Source of the DNA: an uncultured bacterium
GTDB taxonomy: Bacteria; Hydrothermota; Hydrothermia; WGAB01
Length of the DNA: 56,875 bases
Assembly (NCBI GenBank): GCA_964422065.1
Contig: CAYQZW010000002.1
Span: 1 to 56,875, forward strand
Reading direction: 5' to 3'
In this document: positions 17,372 through 27,444 of the stretch, piece after piece
Numbering within the stretch: position 1 is the stretch's first letter
Layout: each line of letters begins with the position of its first letter
Made by a program: the position numbers and the translations under genes
Notes under the pieces: model-generated
What the model saw: only the letters and a program-made list of their open reading frames with translations
What the model was told of the DNA's origin: nothing
The model's database searches: none

Positions 17372-18697
17372 GTGATGCGGAAATCCAGTGTTTTGGGTGT
17401 TCTCCTCGTACTTTCTGGGTGTGCCTACTTCAACACCTTTTACAATGCCGAACAGGCCTTCCGACGTGCTGAGAGATTATACAAGGCTCAGGGCGAATTG
17501 ACCCCACAGGCGCGGCAGGAGTACGACCGGGTGATTGAAAAGTGTTCCAAGATTCTGCAGTTGCATCCCCAGTCCAAGTATGTGGACGATGCGTTGTTCT
17601 ACATGGCGGTTTCCTATTCACGGAAGAAAGAACGGGAAAAAGCCAAAAAGAAATTCGAAGAACTGTTGTTCTATTTCCCAGACGCGGCCAAGACTTTCCC
17701 GGTTTATCTGGAACTCGGCCGGCTTTATCTGGAGGACGGGGAGTACGACGAGGCCATTGAAACGCTGAAGAAGGTCACGCAAAAAGATCGGTCTCGGGAG
17801 GCCCAATACCTTCTTGCCCGGGCCTATCTCGAGGCGGGGCGGAATGAGGAGGGATTGGCGCTTGTTCATCACATCCTAACGAACGATCCCAAAAGTCCCT
17901 ATCTCAAGGAGATCCTGTGGTTGGGGGCCCAGGCTGCACAACGGATGAAACGCACGGCTGAAGCCCTCAAGTTTCTGGACCGGTATCTCGGCCTGTACTT
18001 GACCGATGAAGAGGAGAAGGAAGCCAAACTTTTGCTGAGTGAAGTGCTTACGGAGTCCGGGGCCTATGAAAAGGCTTTGGAGACTTTGAATTCCATGGAC
18101 TTACCTCCGGCGGATTTGGCCAGTTTGAAACGGGATCTTCTGAAGGCGCGAGCAAAACTGGCGCTGGGAGATACGGCCGATGCCAAGGCGATCTTGCGTT
18201 CGGTGATCCGAGCCAACGCCAACTCTGAACCGGGCTTAGAGGCCCAATACCGGCTCGCCTTCCTACTGGAGATGGAGGACAGCATCGAGTCAGCGCTTCA
18301 GTATTACCGGCGTGTGGCCTCTTCGATCAAGACCTCACCATTTAAGGATCGTGCGGCCCGGCGGGTCCAGGCCCTCACACAACTTCAGGAAATCCGAGAC
18401 AAAGAGTCGGTGGAAGCGCTCTATCGGCTTGCTGAACTCAACCTGTTTGAATTGAACCGGCCAGAGGAGGCCGCGGACCTGCTCAAGTCGATCATCAAGG
18501 AACATCCAGACTCTGAATACGCACCAAAGGCCCTCTACTCCCTGATCTTCCTCTACACGACCCGGGTCCCAGAACCCGATTCGGCCCAGCACTACTTCAA
18601 CATCCTGGGGGAGAAGTACGGCGAATCCCTCTATTTTGATGAGGCCCGCAAAAACTTCGCGTTAGAATCCAGCCCTCCGGAGGGAGGCGGCGGATGA
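17372..18697 (+). CDS. TPR-repeat lipoprotein
   Basis: Signal peptide with lipobox VLSGC, followed by repeated TPR-like helical hairpins along 441 aa. Confidence 0.7.
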   Translation: MMRKSSVLGVLLVLSGCAYFNTFYNAEQAFRRAERLYKAQGELTPQARQEYDRVIEKCSKILQLHPQSKYVDDALFYMAVSYSRKKEREKAKKKFEELLFYFPDAAKTFPVYLELGRLYLEDGEYDEAIETLKKVTQKDRSREAQYLLARAYLEAGRNEEGLALVHHILTNDPKSPYLKEILWLGAQAAQRMKRTAEALKFLDRYLGLYLTDEEEKEAKLLLSEVLTESGAYEKALETLNSMDLPPADLASLKRDLLKARAKLALGDTADAKAILRSVIRANANSEPGLEAQYRLAFLLEMEDSIESALQYYRRVASSIKTSPFKDRAARRVQALTQLQEIRDKESVEALYRLAELNLFELNRPEEAADLLKSIIKEHPDSEYAPKALYSLIFLYTTRVPEPDSAQHYFNILGEKYGESLYFDEARKNFALESSPPEGGGG

Positions 18698-19488
18698 ACG
18701 GGGTATTGACAGTCGTCCTGTTCTGGATTCTTCCCAGCCTCGGTCAGTGGGAAGGATCGGCCCGACTCGAAGGGACTGGCAATGCGGGGGTCCTCCTGAC
18801 GACAGGATCAGAAGCCCTTTTTGGTAACCCCACGGGACTTGCCGACAAGAAGGGATGGTCTGTAACTCAAGGTTACCGCATGCCGTATGCACTGCCCGAA
18901 TACGTCCAGGCATACATCGGGGCCGGCTGGGCTTCCTCCAGGTATGGCGGAGGGATCGGGATCTGGACCCAAGGGATCGGAAGCGTCTATCGGGAAACGC
19001 ACCTCCTGATCGGCTGGGCCTATCGCATCCGTTCCTGGGCCCTGGGCATACGGCCCCGTCTCTTTATGGTCCAGGCCAACGGCTCAGACCTACCGAGTGT
19101 GACCGTCACGGCAATTCTCCTGGATTGGGGCCTGACCTGGAGCAGGGGCCCCCTGCGGGTGGGGTTTCTTCAGGAAAACGCCACACACCAAAGCATTCGG
19201 GTCCTTGAGGCTCGGGAGGTCCTCCCCTCCAGGTGGACGGTAGCGCTGCAGGTGGAACGGCCCAGGAGTGTCTACTGGATGGCCGCCATCGGACCCCATG
19301 GGCGTGGGCGGATCGGAGTAGAGAGTTGGTTTACCTCCGGATTTGCAGTCCGAATGGGGGTCGATGATCGGGCATTGACCATCGGCATGGGCTTGCGATC
19401 CGGGCGCTTCGCCGTCGACTTTTCTGGTAAGAGCCACCGGGATCTCGGTACGTCTTATGGGGTCACGTTCCGGTACCAGCCCGAGTAG
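18694..19488 (+). CDS. Putative outer-membrane beta-barrel protein (PorV/PorQ-like motif)
   Basis: Signal peptide, alternating beta-strand pattern and an aromatic-rich C-terminus (VTFRYQPE). The GNPTGLA motif is reminiscent of T9SS-associated barrels. ATGA overlap with the TPR gene. Confidence 0.5.
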   Translation: MNGVLTVVLFWILPSLGQWEGSARLEGTGNAGVLLTTGSEALFGNPTGLADKKGWSVTQGYRMPYALPEYVQAYIGAGWASSRYGGGIGIWTQGIGSVYRETHLLIGWAYRIRSWALGIRPRLFMVQANGSDLPSVTVTAILLDWGLTWSRGPLRVGFLQENATHQSIRVLEAREVLPSRWTVALQVERPRSVYWMAAIGPHGRGRIGVESWFTSGFAVRMGVDDRALTIGMGLRSGRFAVDFSGKSHRDLGTSYGVTFRYQPE

Positions 19489-19491
19489 ACC

Positions 19492-20757
19492 ATGGATCCG
19501 CGGGACCTCCGGAAACTCCGTGAACGACTGGAACGGCTTACCGGCTCAGCCCCTTCCCCTCCCTCTCCTCTGCAGGTCCGTCTCCAGCAATGGGAGGCTT
19601 ATCAGCGCCGGCAGAGTGTCTACCAACTCCCCTTGGTCTTAGGGGGTCAATGGCTTCGGCGCGGAGGGGTGCTCTATCTCCGCCACGAAGAGCCGCTCTC
19701 TCCTCCACACACGCTGGCACTCCGGGCCCTGACCGCAGGGGCCATCTCCTTAGACATCCACCCATGCCAGATGGTCTTCCTGGACGTGGAGACGACGGGT
19801 AATGGCGGAGCGGGGGTCCTCCCTTTCCTGATCGGCCTGGGATTCTGGAACGTCGATCAATTCATCACAGAACAATTCCTTCTCGCAGACCCCGGGCAGG
19901 AGGCGCTTCTCCTGGAATGGATTCACCAGCGTCTCCAACGCTTTTCTGTGGTCGTGACTTACAACGGAAGGAGTTTTGACCTGCCGGTGCTCCAAGACCG
20001 GCTTCGTCTGCACCGCCTGGCCCCGCTCACCTTTGAGGGGCATCTCGATCTCCTCCATGCGGTCCGTAGGGTTGTGGATGCTCCCCAAGGGTACCGTTTG
20101 ACCGCGGTTGAGCAGCATCTTTTGGGCTGGGTTCGGGATGCGGATCTCCCCTCGAGTTGGGTCCCACGTGCCTACTTCCAATTTTTACACGGACGAGGCA
20201 CAACCCTGCTCCGCCTGGCAGTTCTTCACCACCGCCATGATATCCGGGTTTTGCCTCGCCTCTTAATGAAGTTGGACGAATGGGTCCGAACCCCCACCGA
20301 GCGGCATACGGCGGCCGACCTCTACAAAATCGCCAAACTCTACTTCCGACTGCGGGAGATGGGGCTGGCGCATCGTTTTGTTGAAGAGGGGCTCCGTCGG
20401 GCATCTGGGGTCGACCGGCAGCGACTTCTTAAACTCAAAGCGTTCTTGCACAAACGCGAAAAAGAGTGGCATCTGGCGCTTCAGTGCTGGCAATTGCTTG
20501 TGCGAGAGATGCCCAATGATCTCGAGTCCGTGGAGGAGATCAGCAAATATTACGAACATCGCGCGCGAGATTTACACCAGGCGCTGTTGTATGCCTGGCG
20601 GTTACCTCAAGACCGGGAGGAGACTCAACGGCGGATCCAGCGATTATACCGAAAAATCAAATCTTCCCCCTTCCGGGTCTTCCCGGGACCATGGCGCGAT
20701 GAAGTGAGGAGGGCTGGTGCGTCGGGGCCAGGGGATGAGCCGGAACCGCTCCTATGA
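19492..20757 (+). CDS. RNase H-fold 3'-5' exonuclease-like protein (YprB/COG3359-like) with helical C-terminal domain
   Basis: VFLDVETTG (exo motif I) and YNGRSFDLPVL. The C-terminal half is TPR-like. Confidence 0.6.
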   Translation: MDPRDLRKLRERLERLTGSAPSPPSPLQVRLQQWEAYQRRQSVYQLPLVLGGQWLRRGGVLYLRHEEPLSPPHTLALRALTAGAISLDIHPCQMVFLDVETTGNGGAGVLPFLIGLGFWNVDQFITEQFLLADPGQEALLLEWIHQRLQRFSVVVTYNGRSFDLPVLQDRLRLHRLAPLTFEGHLDLLHAVRRVVDAPQGYRLTAVEQHLLGWVRDADLPSSWVPRAYFQFLHGRGTTLLRLAVLHHRHDIRVLPRLLMKLDEWVRTPTERHTAADLYKIAKLYFRLREMGLAHRFVEEGLRRASGVDRQRLLKLKAFLHKREKEWHLALQCWQLLVREMPNDLESVEEISKYYEHRARDLHQALLYAWRLPQDREETQRRIQRLYRKIKSSPFRVFPGPWRDEVRRAGASGPGDEPEPLL

Positions 20758-21186
20758 GAGGGCTCCCGCCTCTTGGCCCATGAGGATCAGGTCCTCTAAA
20801 GACGTCTCCTTCAATAAAGTATCCAACTGATCTTGCATTTTTTGGAACAGAAGTCTCGCGGTACAACTCCCTTCGCGTTCGCAGTGTTCCAGGGACAGCG
20901 GGTCCAAGCACCGGATTAAAGCCGTGGAGCCTTCCAAGACATCAAAGATTTCTTTGAGGGTTAATTGGGAAGCCGGTTTCGACAGGGTATACCCACCGCC
21001 TGGACCGCGAACACTGCGGATTAAGCCAGAACGTCGGAGAGTGACGAGGATTTGTTCCAAAAACTGGATGGGGATCCCCTCTTTTTGCGAGATTTCGGCA
21101 GCGGTCAACACATTCCCCTGCCCGATCTCGCCGAGTCGCACCAAAGCCCTCACACCATAATCAATCCGCGTGGTAAGTCGTAACAT
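20752..21186 (-). CDS. Rrf2-family transcriptional regulator (probable Fe-S binding)
   Basis: MLRLTTRIDYGVRALV wHTH N-terminus, GPGGGY motif and a C-x8-C-x5-C cluster motif. Confidence 0.88.
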   Translation of the reverse strand: MLRLTTRIDYGVRALVRLGEIGQGNVLTAAEISQKEGIPIQFLEQILVTLRRSGLIRSVRGPGGGYTLSKPASQLTLKEIFDVLEGSTALIRCLDPLSLEHCEREGSCTARLLFQKMQDQLDTLLKETSLEDLILMGQEAGALS

Positions 21187-21372
21187 GCCTAATTTTTATA
21201 CCAAATTGACTGAAAATGCAAGTCTGGTCAAGCTCAACATCGAACTCTATGGCTCTCAAAACGTTCCACGATTTTCATTCCCAAGGCGAGGGGACAACAC
21301 GGTCTTTTTCCCAAAGGTCTTGTTCCTCCCCGGTTTTGCGGTGCAGGGCGTCAAAAATGGCTACCTCCCCTT

Positions 21373-21394
21373 CTGCAACCCTATGAGGTTGCAG
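21373..21394. promoter_or_regulatory. Perfect inverted repeat overlapping the -35 of the TetR/efflux promoter
   Basis: CTGCAACC-ctatga-GGTTGCAG, 8-bp arms with a 6-nt spacer. Confidence 0.45.
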
Positions 21395-21417
21395 GTTTGT
21401 GGGACACAGTGTATACT
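21389..21417 (+). promoter_or_regulatory. Sigma70-like promoter of the TetR-TolC-MFP-RND operon
   Basis: TTGCAG (21389-21394), 17-nt spacer, TATACT (21412-21417). Confidence 0.45.
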
Positions 21418-21434
21418 AACTGACCAGTCAGTTA
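21417..21434. promoter_or_regulatory. Candidate TetR operator (perfect palindrome abutting the start codon)
   Basis: TAACTGAC-ca-GTCAGTTA, 8-bp arms, spanning from the end of the -10 box to the A of ATG 21434. Confidence 0.55.
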
Positions 21435-22021
21435 TGAATGCACAAGACCGTAAAAACCAAATCCTGGACGCTGCGTACAAGGCCTTCGCACGCGAAGGCT
21501 ATCATGGGACGACCATGGATAAAATCGCTGCACGGATTGGTGTCACGAAAGGTACGCTCTACCTCTACTTTAAAGACAAGGCAGATCTCTTTACGTCGGT
21601 ACTGGAAGATCGGATCCTGAAACTGGAATCGGCGATTACGGAGGCCCTCAAGAAGACCCAAGACCCTGAAGAAAAACTTTTGGCAGTCCTCCGTGAGTTT
21701 GGCCGTTATGGGCGACGGGAACGACACTTCTTCGCGATGCTTTACCGGTCTGCCCCCCTCCCATCGAAGGTGCGAAAACTCATCGAGGACCGGGTCTCGC
21801 CGATCCGGGATCGGATCGAATTGGAAGTGAGTAGCATTATGGAGGAGGGCATCCGATTAGGCCAATTCAAGCCTCTCCCTCCACGCTCGCTCGCTATTGC
21901 CTTCCTGGGGATGACCCATGGCTTCCTCCGGAACCCACCCCGGGTCTCCGTTCTGGTCCAAACCATTTCCGAAATCTTTTTCTACGGTGTCAAAGTCCAT
22001 CGAGAGAAGGAGGAAGCATGA
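21434..22021 (+). CDS. TetR-family transcriptional regulator
   Basis: HTH TMDKIAARIGVTKGTLYLYFKDK. Start set at ATG 21434; the upstream part of ORF-track 21170 has no protein-like features. Confidence 0.88.
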   Translation: MNAQDRKNQILDAAYKAFAREGYHGTTMDKIAARIGVTKGTLYLYFKDKADLFTSVLEDRILKLESAITEALKKTQDPEEKLLAVLREFGRYGRRERHFFAMLYRSAPLPSKVRKLIEDRVSPIRDRIELEVSSIMEEGIRLGQFKPLPPRSLAIAFLGMTHGFLRNPPRVSVLVQTISEIFFYGVKVHREKEEA

Positions 22022-23463
22022 TGTCTTTGTGGCTCTTGCCGTTTCTCTGGATCCTCGGGGCCCCGCCACCGCCCGCCGGAGGGGATACTCTTGTCCTCAC
22101 CCTCCGGGATATTCCTGCATGGGCGGAGCGTTCGGTATGGAGCCAGTTGGCCGGTGCGCAGAGCGAGGCCCAACGTGGCTTAGCCTTACAGGCCCGGAGC
22201 GTCCTCTGGCCCCAACTCTTCTTCTCTGGGAATTACCAGTACACCTCCTATGTCCAGAAATTCACCCAAAGGGTCATCGTTGGCTTCGACCCATCTACCG
22301 GGATGCCCATCTTCCAAGACATCCCCATCGAGTTTGGCAAACACCACACCTACACTCTTTCCCTCGGGGTGCAGTATCCCTTGTGGACCTGGGGGAGGTT
22401 CCGGAACCTTGCACGGGCCCAGGAAGAACAGGTCCGTGCCACCGAAGTCAACCAGGATCAAACCGTGAAGAATCTCTCGTACTCCGCCCAGCAGGTTTAC
22501 CTCAACTTGTTGGTTCTGCAGGAATCTCAGCGGCTTCTGGAAGAGATGGACCAAACCCTACAACGGCATTACGAATCCACCAAGGAACGGTACAATCAGG
22601 GGCTGGCCTCCGAGTTGGATCTCCTTCAGGCGGAAGTGAACTGGCGGAACATCCTGCCCCAAAAGGAGCAAGTTCACGCGCAGTATGAAGCCTTGCTGAA
22701 CACCCTCCGAAACCTTTTGGACCTTCCCAACAAAGCGGTCCGTCTGGCCGACTCCCTGGAGTACAACGTCCCGCCCTTACCGGACACGTCAGCCCTCTAT
22801 GTGCAGCTCGAGCGTCGAGCGGATCTGGTCGCGTTAGATCATCAAATCCGTGCAACGGAGTACCTGTTGGCGGCAGCCCGAGCAGAGGACAAGCCCACGG
22901 TCTCCCTCCAGGCTGCATATACGCTGAGAAACCCGATCGGATTCGAGCAGAAGTGGGGTACCGTAGGAACGTTAAGCCTGGGGTTGACGTTACCCATTTT
23001 TGATGGATTCCGGACTCGGGGGAAAGTCATGCAATTCCAGGCAACGCTCCGCTCGTTACGCCTGCTTCGTGAGAAGACATTCAAGGAAGCCCAGCGAGAG
23101 ATTCGGTCCCTGATGCAAGAACTTGTATCGCTTCGATCCCAGATTGAAGCCCGCCGATCCAATCTCACGCTGGCCAAAAAGATGCAGCAAACGGCGGAAG
23201 AACAGTACAACTTAGGCCTCATTTCCCAATTGGAATATCTCAATGCTGTGAATGGCTATCTCCAGGCTAAGGTCCAGTACCTGCAGGCTGTCGCGGCGTA
23301 TCGGGTCAAATTGTTGGATCTTCAGAAAGTTGTGGAAGTCGGGAAGGTCGTGGCGTCTTCCACGGCTTCTGGATCAGGAACCTCGTTTTCGGGGACCTCG
23401 ACATCAGGGCCAACCGGGGGGCCATCGCAGGGGCCCTCTGGAGGGCCGGAGATGCGAAGATGA
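22018..23463 (+). CDS. TolC-like outer-membrane efflux protein
   Basis: 481 aa with a signal peptide and two tandem OEP-type coiled-coil/barrel repeats. Gly/Ser/Thr/Pro-rich C-terminal tail. ATGA overlap with tetR. Confidence 0.85.
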   Translation: MMSLWLLPFLWILGAPPPPAGGDTLVLTLRDIPAWAERSVWSQLAGAQSEAQRGLALQARSVLWPQLFFSGNYQYTSYVQKFTQRVIVGFDPSTGMPIFQDIPIEFGKHHTYTLSLGVQYPLWTWGRFRNLARAQEEQVRATEVNQDQTVKNLSYSAQQVYLNLLVLQESQRLLEEMDQTLQRHYESTKERYNQGLASELDLLQAEVNWRNILPQKEQVHAQYEALLNTLRNLLDLPNKAVRLADSLEYNVPPLPDTSALYVQLERRADLVALDHQIRATEYLLAAARAEDKPTVSLQAAYTLRNPIGFEQKWGTVGTLSLGLTLPIFDGFRTRGKVMQFQATLRSLRLLREKTFKEAQREIRSLMQELVSLRSQIEARRSNLTLAKKMQQTAEEQYNLGLISQLEYLNAVNGYLQAKVQYLQAVAAYRVKLLDLQKVVEVGKVVASSTASGSGTSFSGTSTSGPTGGPSQGPSGGPEMRR

Positions 23464-23477
23464 AGGAGGCAAAATCC

Positions 23478-24353
23478 ATGAAACCCCGTTTCTTCTGGTT
23501 TGTCTTTGTAGTGGGAACACTGGCCCTTGGGGCCTGTAGAGGCTCTACTCCCTCCTCGAAAGCAAAGGAAGGTACAGGGCCTCAACCGGTTGCGATCACC
23601 GTCACCCACCCGATTCGTCAGTCCTTACGCCAGATCCTCCCGCTGAACACGGTTCTCAAAAGTAAGGTCCGTGCCCGGGTCTTTCCAGACGCCCCGGCAA
23701 AGTTCCTCCGCTTTACCGTAGCCGAAGGAGACACGGTCGTTAAACACCAGATCGTTGCGGAGCTGGAACGGGATATCCCCGGGCTAACCTTCCAGACCTT
23801 GAAGGTTCGAGCGCCTGTTCGTGGCATCGTTCATTTGTACGACCTGAGCGAGGGGATGCCTGTAGCCCCACAGGTGCCCCTGTTGGAAATCCTCCAGATG
23901 GATACCCTTGAATTCGTGCTCCGTCTTCCTGAGGAATACCGCAACGTCTTGCAACCGGGGGAAAGCGTCCAATTGGTTGTGGACCAGGATACGGTGTTTG
24001 CCCGTATCACATTGGTGGCCCCCACTTTGGATCCCCGGACAGGGACCCAGGAAGTCCGGGGTCTTGTTCCGGCGCAGGGGAATCTGCTTCCGGGCCTGAC
24101 CGCACGAGTCCTGGTTCCGGTTCTGGAAAAGGAAAATGCGTTGACCCTTCCGCGTGATGCGGTCTTGGGCGAGGTAACCAAATTCGTCTTCGTGGTCCGG
24201 AAGGGCAAGGCCTGGAAAGTCCCGGTCAAAACGGGAATCGAGACCTATCGGTACATCGAAATTCTCTCGGGGATTACCGAGTCGGACACCGTGGTACGGT
24301 TAGGGGCCTCTTCTCTGAAGGACGGTCAACCCGTGCGAATCCAGGAACTTTAA
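23478..24353 (+). CDS. RND efflux membrane-fusion (periplasmic adaptor) protein
   Basis: Signal/lipobox (LALGAC) and HlyD-like barrel-sandwich and beta-barrel segments. Start set at ATG 23478 (AGGAGG 8 nt upstream). Confidence 0.82.
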   Translation: MKPRFFWFVFVVGTLALGACRGSTPSSKAKEGTGPQPVAITVTHPIRQSLRQILPLNTVLKSKVRARVFPDAPAKFLRFTVAEGDTVVKHQIVAELERDIPGLTFQTLKVRAPVRGIVHLYDLSEGMPVAPQVPLLEILQMDTLEFVLRLPEEYRNVLQPGESVQLVVDQDTVFARITLVAPTLDPRTGTQEVRGLVPAQGNLLPGLTARVLVPVLEKENALTLPRDAVLGEVTKFVFVVRKGKAWKVPVKTGIETYRYIEILSGITESDTVVRLGASSLKDGQPVRIQEL

Positions 24354-24372
24354 GAAGGCGGTACAAGAAGCC

Positions 24373-27300
24373 ATGCAAAGGATTGCCGTTCGTCGACCAG
24401 TTTTGACCTTCGTCGTCTTCCTGGTTGTGGTCATTATGGGGGTGCTGAGTCTGGTCAACCTCCCCATCGACCTCATGCCGAACGTGACGTTGCCGACCGC
24501 CTCGGTCATCACGATGTATCCCGGGGCTGCACCGGAAGACGTCGAGAAAACCGTCACCGAGGTCTTAGAAGAAGCCATCTCCACGGTTCCTAATGTTGAA
24601 GACATCGTCTCCACATCTGGGGAAGGGCTATCGGCCATCACCATCTCGTTTTCGTGGGGCACAGACCTCGACGCTGCGGTCAATGACATCCGAGACAAAA
24701 TTGACATGGTGAGGCGTTTCCTACCGCCGGACGCCGAAGAACCCACGATCTTCAAATTCGATATCTCTCAGTGGCCGGTGCTGATCGTCGCTGCAACTTC
24801 CGACGACTCGACTTTAGACGTTCGGAAAATCGTGGAAGACGAACTTGTGGAAGCCCTTCAACGCGGGAAAGGGGTGGGAGCCGTCCAAGTTTGGGGAGGA
24901 GGCCGGATCCGTCAAATCAACATCCGGGTGGATCAACGGAAACTGGAAGCTTATGGACTCTCCTTGACCCAGGTGCTGGGGATCCTGGCCCAGGAAAACA
25001 TCGTGCTGCCCTCTGGTGTCCTCAAGGTGGGTCGGACAGAATACCTGGTCCGCGTTCCTCAAGAATTCAAAAGTGCCAAAGAACTCAAGGATCTGCCGAT
25101 CGCCAACGTCCAAGGGACACTGATTCGGCTCAGTGATATTGCGAACATTGACGACAGTTACGCCGAACCCCGAACCTATGTGCGGGTAAACGGCCAGGAT
25201 GGGGTCTTTTTTGCCATCCTCAAGACCTCGGGGGCCAATACCGTCCAAGTCGCGGATGCGGCCAAGCGAATCCTCAAACAACTGGAGAAAGATTTGCCTG
25301 GTCTCAAACTCCACATCATCATTGACGGCTCACGTTTTATCCGGAATAGTATTTTCAACCTGACCACTACGATCCTCTGGGCTTTGCTCTTCGTCACGCT
25401 GGTCACCCTCCTCTTCCTCAGGAACCTCCGAGGGAGTTTAATCATTGCATCGGTGATCCCGGTGTCGCTGGTCACGGCTTTCATTTTCCTCTACCTTATC
25501 GGTGCCACGATCAACATCATTTCGCTTTCCTCCCTGGCCATCGCCATCGGCATGGTGGTCGACAACGCCATCGTGGTTCTGGAAAACATCTATCACCACC
25601 TTGAGCGCGGGGAAACGCGGAAAGAGGCTGCGATCTTTGGAACTGGAGAAGTCGGACAGGCGATCATCGCGTCGACCTTGACCACGGTCGCCATTCTTGT
25701 CCCGATCGTGGCCATTAAAGGATTTGTGGGGGTGATGTTTCGGCAACTTGCCCTTTCCGTGATGTTGGTCCTCTTTGCCTCTCTCTTTGCGGCCTTCACG
25801 TTGACCCCGATGCTCGCCTCCAAGTTCTTGAAAATCATTGACCTCGGTAAACTGGGACGTGTCCATTCCGCCGCCTTCCAAGGCTTAGAAAAGGGCTATC
25901 AATGGTTTTTGTCCCGGGCTCTGCGTTTCCGATGGCTCACCCTGATCACCGGCATCGTGATCTTCCTCGCCAGTCTTTCTTTGTTCCGATACATCCCCAC
26001 AGAATTCATCCCTCCCCAGGACACGGGCGATGTAAGGGGACAATTCCAATTGCCCGTAGGAACGCGTCTGGAGGTTACGGATAGCATCATGCATATCGTA
26101 GAGGCGATGATTGAAAACGAGGTGCCGGAGATCGAGAATCTGGTCGTTCGGGTGGGACCGACGGAATCCGGGTTCGGAGCGATCATGGGATACCAAGAGA
26201 GTTCCAACTCGGGGTTTTTTGCTGCCCATTTGGTTCCGAAAGGCCAACGGAAACGGAGCACCACGGAGATCGCCGCCCTGTTGGCGGATCGGCTGAAAGA
26301 CATCCCAGGTCTCACCTCTTACTCAGTTTCTGCGACCGGAGGGGGCGCACAGTTCCTCTTCGGAGCTGGGGCACCGATCTCCATAGAAATCTATGGAAGT
26401 GACCTTGACCTGACGGACTCCCTTGCGCGGCAAATCCGACGAGGCATTGCCAAGATCCCCGGAATCAAAGGCGCTCGCATCACCCGCCAGAGCGGCCGCC
26501 CGGAGATCTGGGTCCGCCTGGATCGCCAACGGCTTTATCAGTACGGTTTGACCTCCGCCCAAGTCGCGCAGTACCTCCGTCAAGCCCTCCAAGGCATGCG
26601 TGCTACAACACTCCGACGTGGGGGCGATGAGTACGACATCTATGTATTCCTCGATGACCCTTATCGGTACGACCCCTCGATCCTTCAAACCCTCCAAATC
26701 CCAGGTCCATTGGGCCCCGTCTACTTGTCGAACGTCAGCCACATTGAGTACCGATACGGGCCTTTGTCCATCGAGCGGAAGAACCGCGAACGTGTGGTTA
26801 AGGTCGAAGCTGAGATCCACGGACGGGCCTTGGGGGCCATTGTCAAAGACATCCAAGCGTTTCTCCGACAGATCCCCCTGCCACCTGGTGTCCACATTGA
26901 GTTGGCCGGTACCGTCCAGCAGCAACGGGAATCCTTCTCCACCGTATTCAAGGCATTGCTCCTTGGAGCGCTGCTGGTATTCCTCGTCATGGCTGCGCTC
27001 TTCGAATCCTTCCTCGATCCCCTCATCATCATGTTTTCCGTGCCCTTTGCGATCACGGGAAGCGTCCTTGCGTTCTTCCTGACGGGGATCCCGTTCTCCC
27101 TGATGGGGTTTGTTGGACTGTTGATGCTGGTCGGGATTGTGGTAAACAACGCCATCGTGCTTCTGGATTACATCAAGATCCTTCAGAAACGAGGGCTCGC
27201 GCTCTTAGAAGCCATTGTTACGGGTGGGACACGCCGTCTGCGTCCGGTCCTTATGACCACCCTGACGACAGTCTTTGGCCTCTTACCGCTCGCCACTTCG

Positions 27301-27444
27301 ACTCGAGAAGGTGCCGAAATGTGGAGCCCCTTCGGAATCTCTGTGATCGGTGGACTCTTAGTCTCGACCTTGATTACCTTGGTTTTCGTGCCGACGCTGT
27401 ATTACATTGTGGAACGATTGCGTGAAAGGAGACACAAGGCATGA
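24373..27444 (+). CDS. RND efflux transporter, AcrB/HAE1-like inner-membrane pump
   Basis: 1023 aa, 12-TM/2-large-loop layout, AcrB-type N-terminus RRPVLTFVVFL. Confidence 0.92.
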   Translation: MQRIAVRRPVLTFVVFLVVVIMGVLSLVNLPIDLMPNVTLPTASVITMYPGAAPEDVEKTVTEVLEEAISTVPNVEDIVSTSGEGLSAITISFSWGTDLDAAVNDIRDKIDMVRRFLPPDAEEPTIFKFDISQWPVLIVAATSDDSTLDVRKIVEDELVEALQRGKGVGAVQVWGGGRIRQINIRVDQRKLEAYGLSLTQVLGILAQENIVLPSGVLKVGRTEYLVRVPQEFKSAKELKDLPIANVQGTLIRLSDIANIDDSYAEPRTYVRVNGQDGVFFAILKTSGANTVQVADAAKRILKQLEKDLPGLKLHIIIDGSRFIRNSIFNLTTTILWALLFVTLVTLLFLRNLRGSLIIASVIPVSLVTAFIFLYLIGATINIISLSSLAIAIGMVVDNAIVVLENIYHHLERGETRKEAAIFGTGEVGQAIIASTLTTVAILVPIVAIKGFVGVMFRQLALSVMLVLFASLFAAFTLTPMLASKFLKIIDLGKLGRVHSAAFQGLEKGYQWFLSRALRFRWLTLITGIVIFLASLSLFRYIPTEFIPPQDTGDVRGQFQLPVGTRLEVTDSIMHIVEAMIENEVPEIENLVVRVGPTESGFGAIMGYQESSNSGFFAAHLVPKGQRKRSTTEIAALLADRLKDIPGLTSYSVSATGGGAQFLFGAGAPISIEIYGSDLDLTDSLARQIRRGIAKIPGIKGARITRQSGRPEIWVRLDRQRLYQYGLTSAQVAQYLRQALQGMRATTLRRGGDEYDIYVFLDDPYRYDPSILQTLQIPGPLGPVYLSNVSHIEYRYGPLSIERKNRERVVKVEAEIHGRALGAIVKDIQAFLRQIPLPPGVHIELAGTVQQQRESFSTVFKALLLGALLVFLVMAALFESFLDPLIIMFSVPFAITGSVLAFFLTGIPFSLMGFVGLLMLVGIVVNNAIVLLDYIKILQKRGLALLEAIVTGGTRRLRPVLMTTLTTVFGLLPLATSTREGAEMWSPFGISVIGGLLVSTLITLVFVPTLYYIVERLRERRHKA

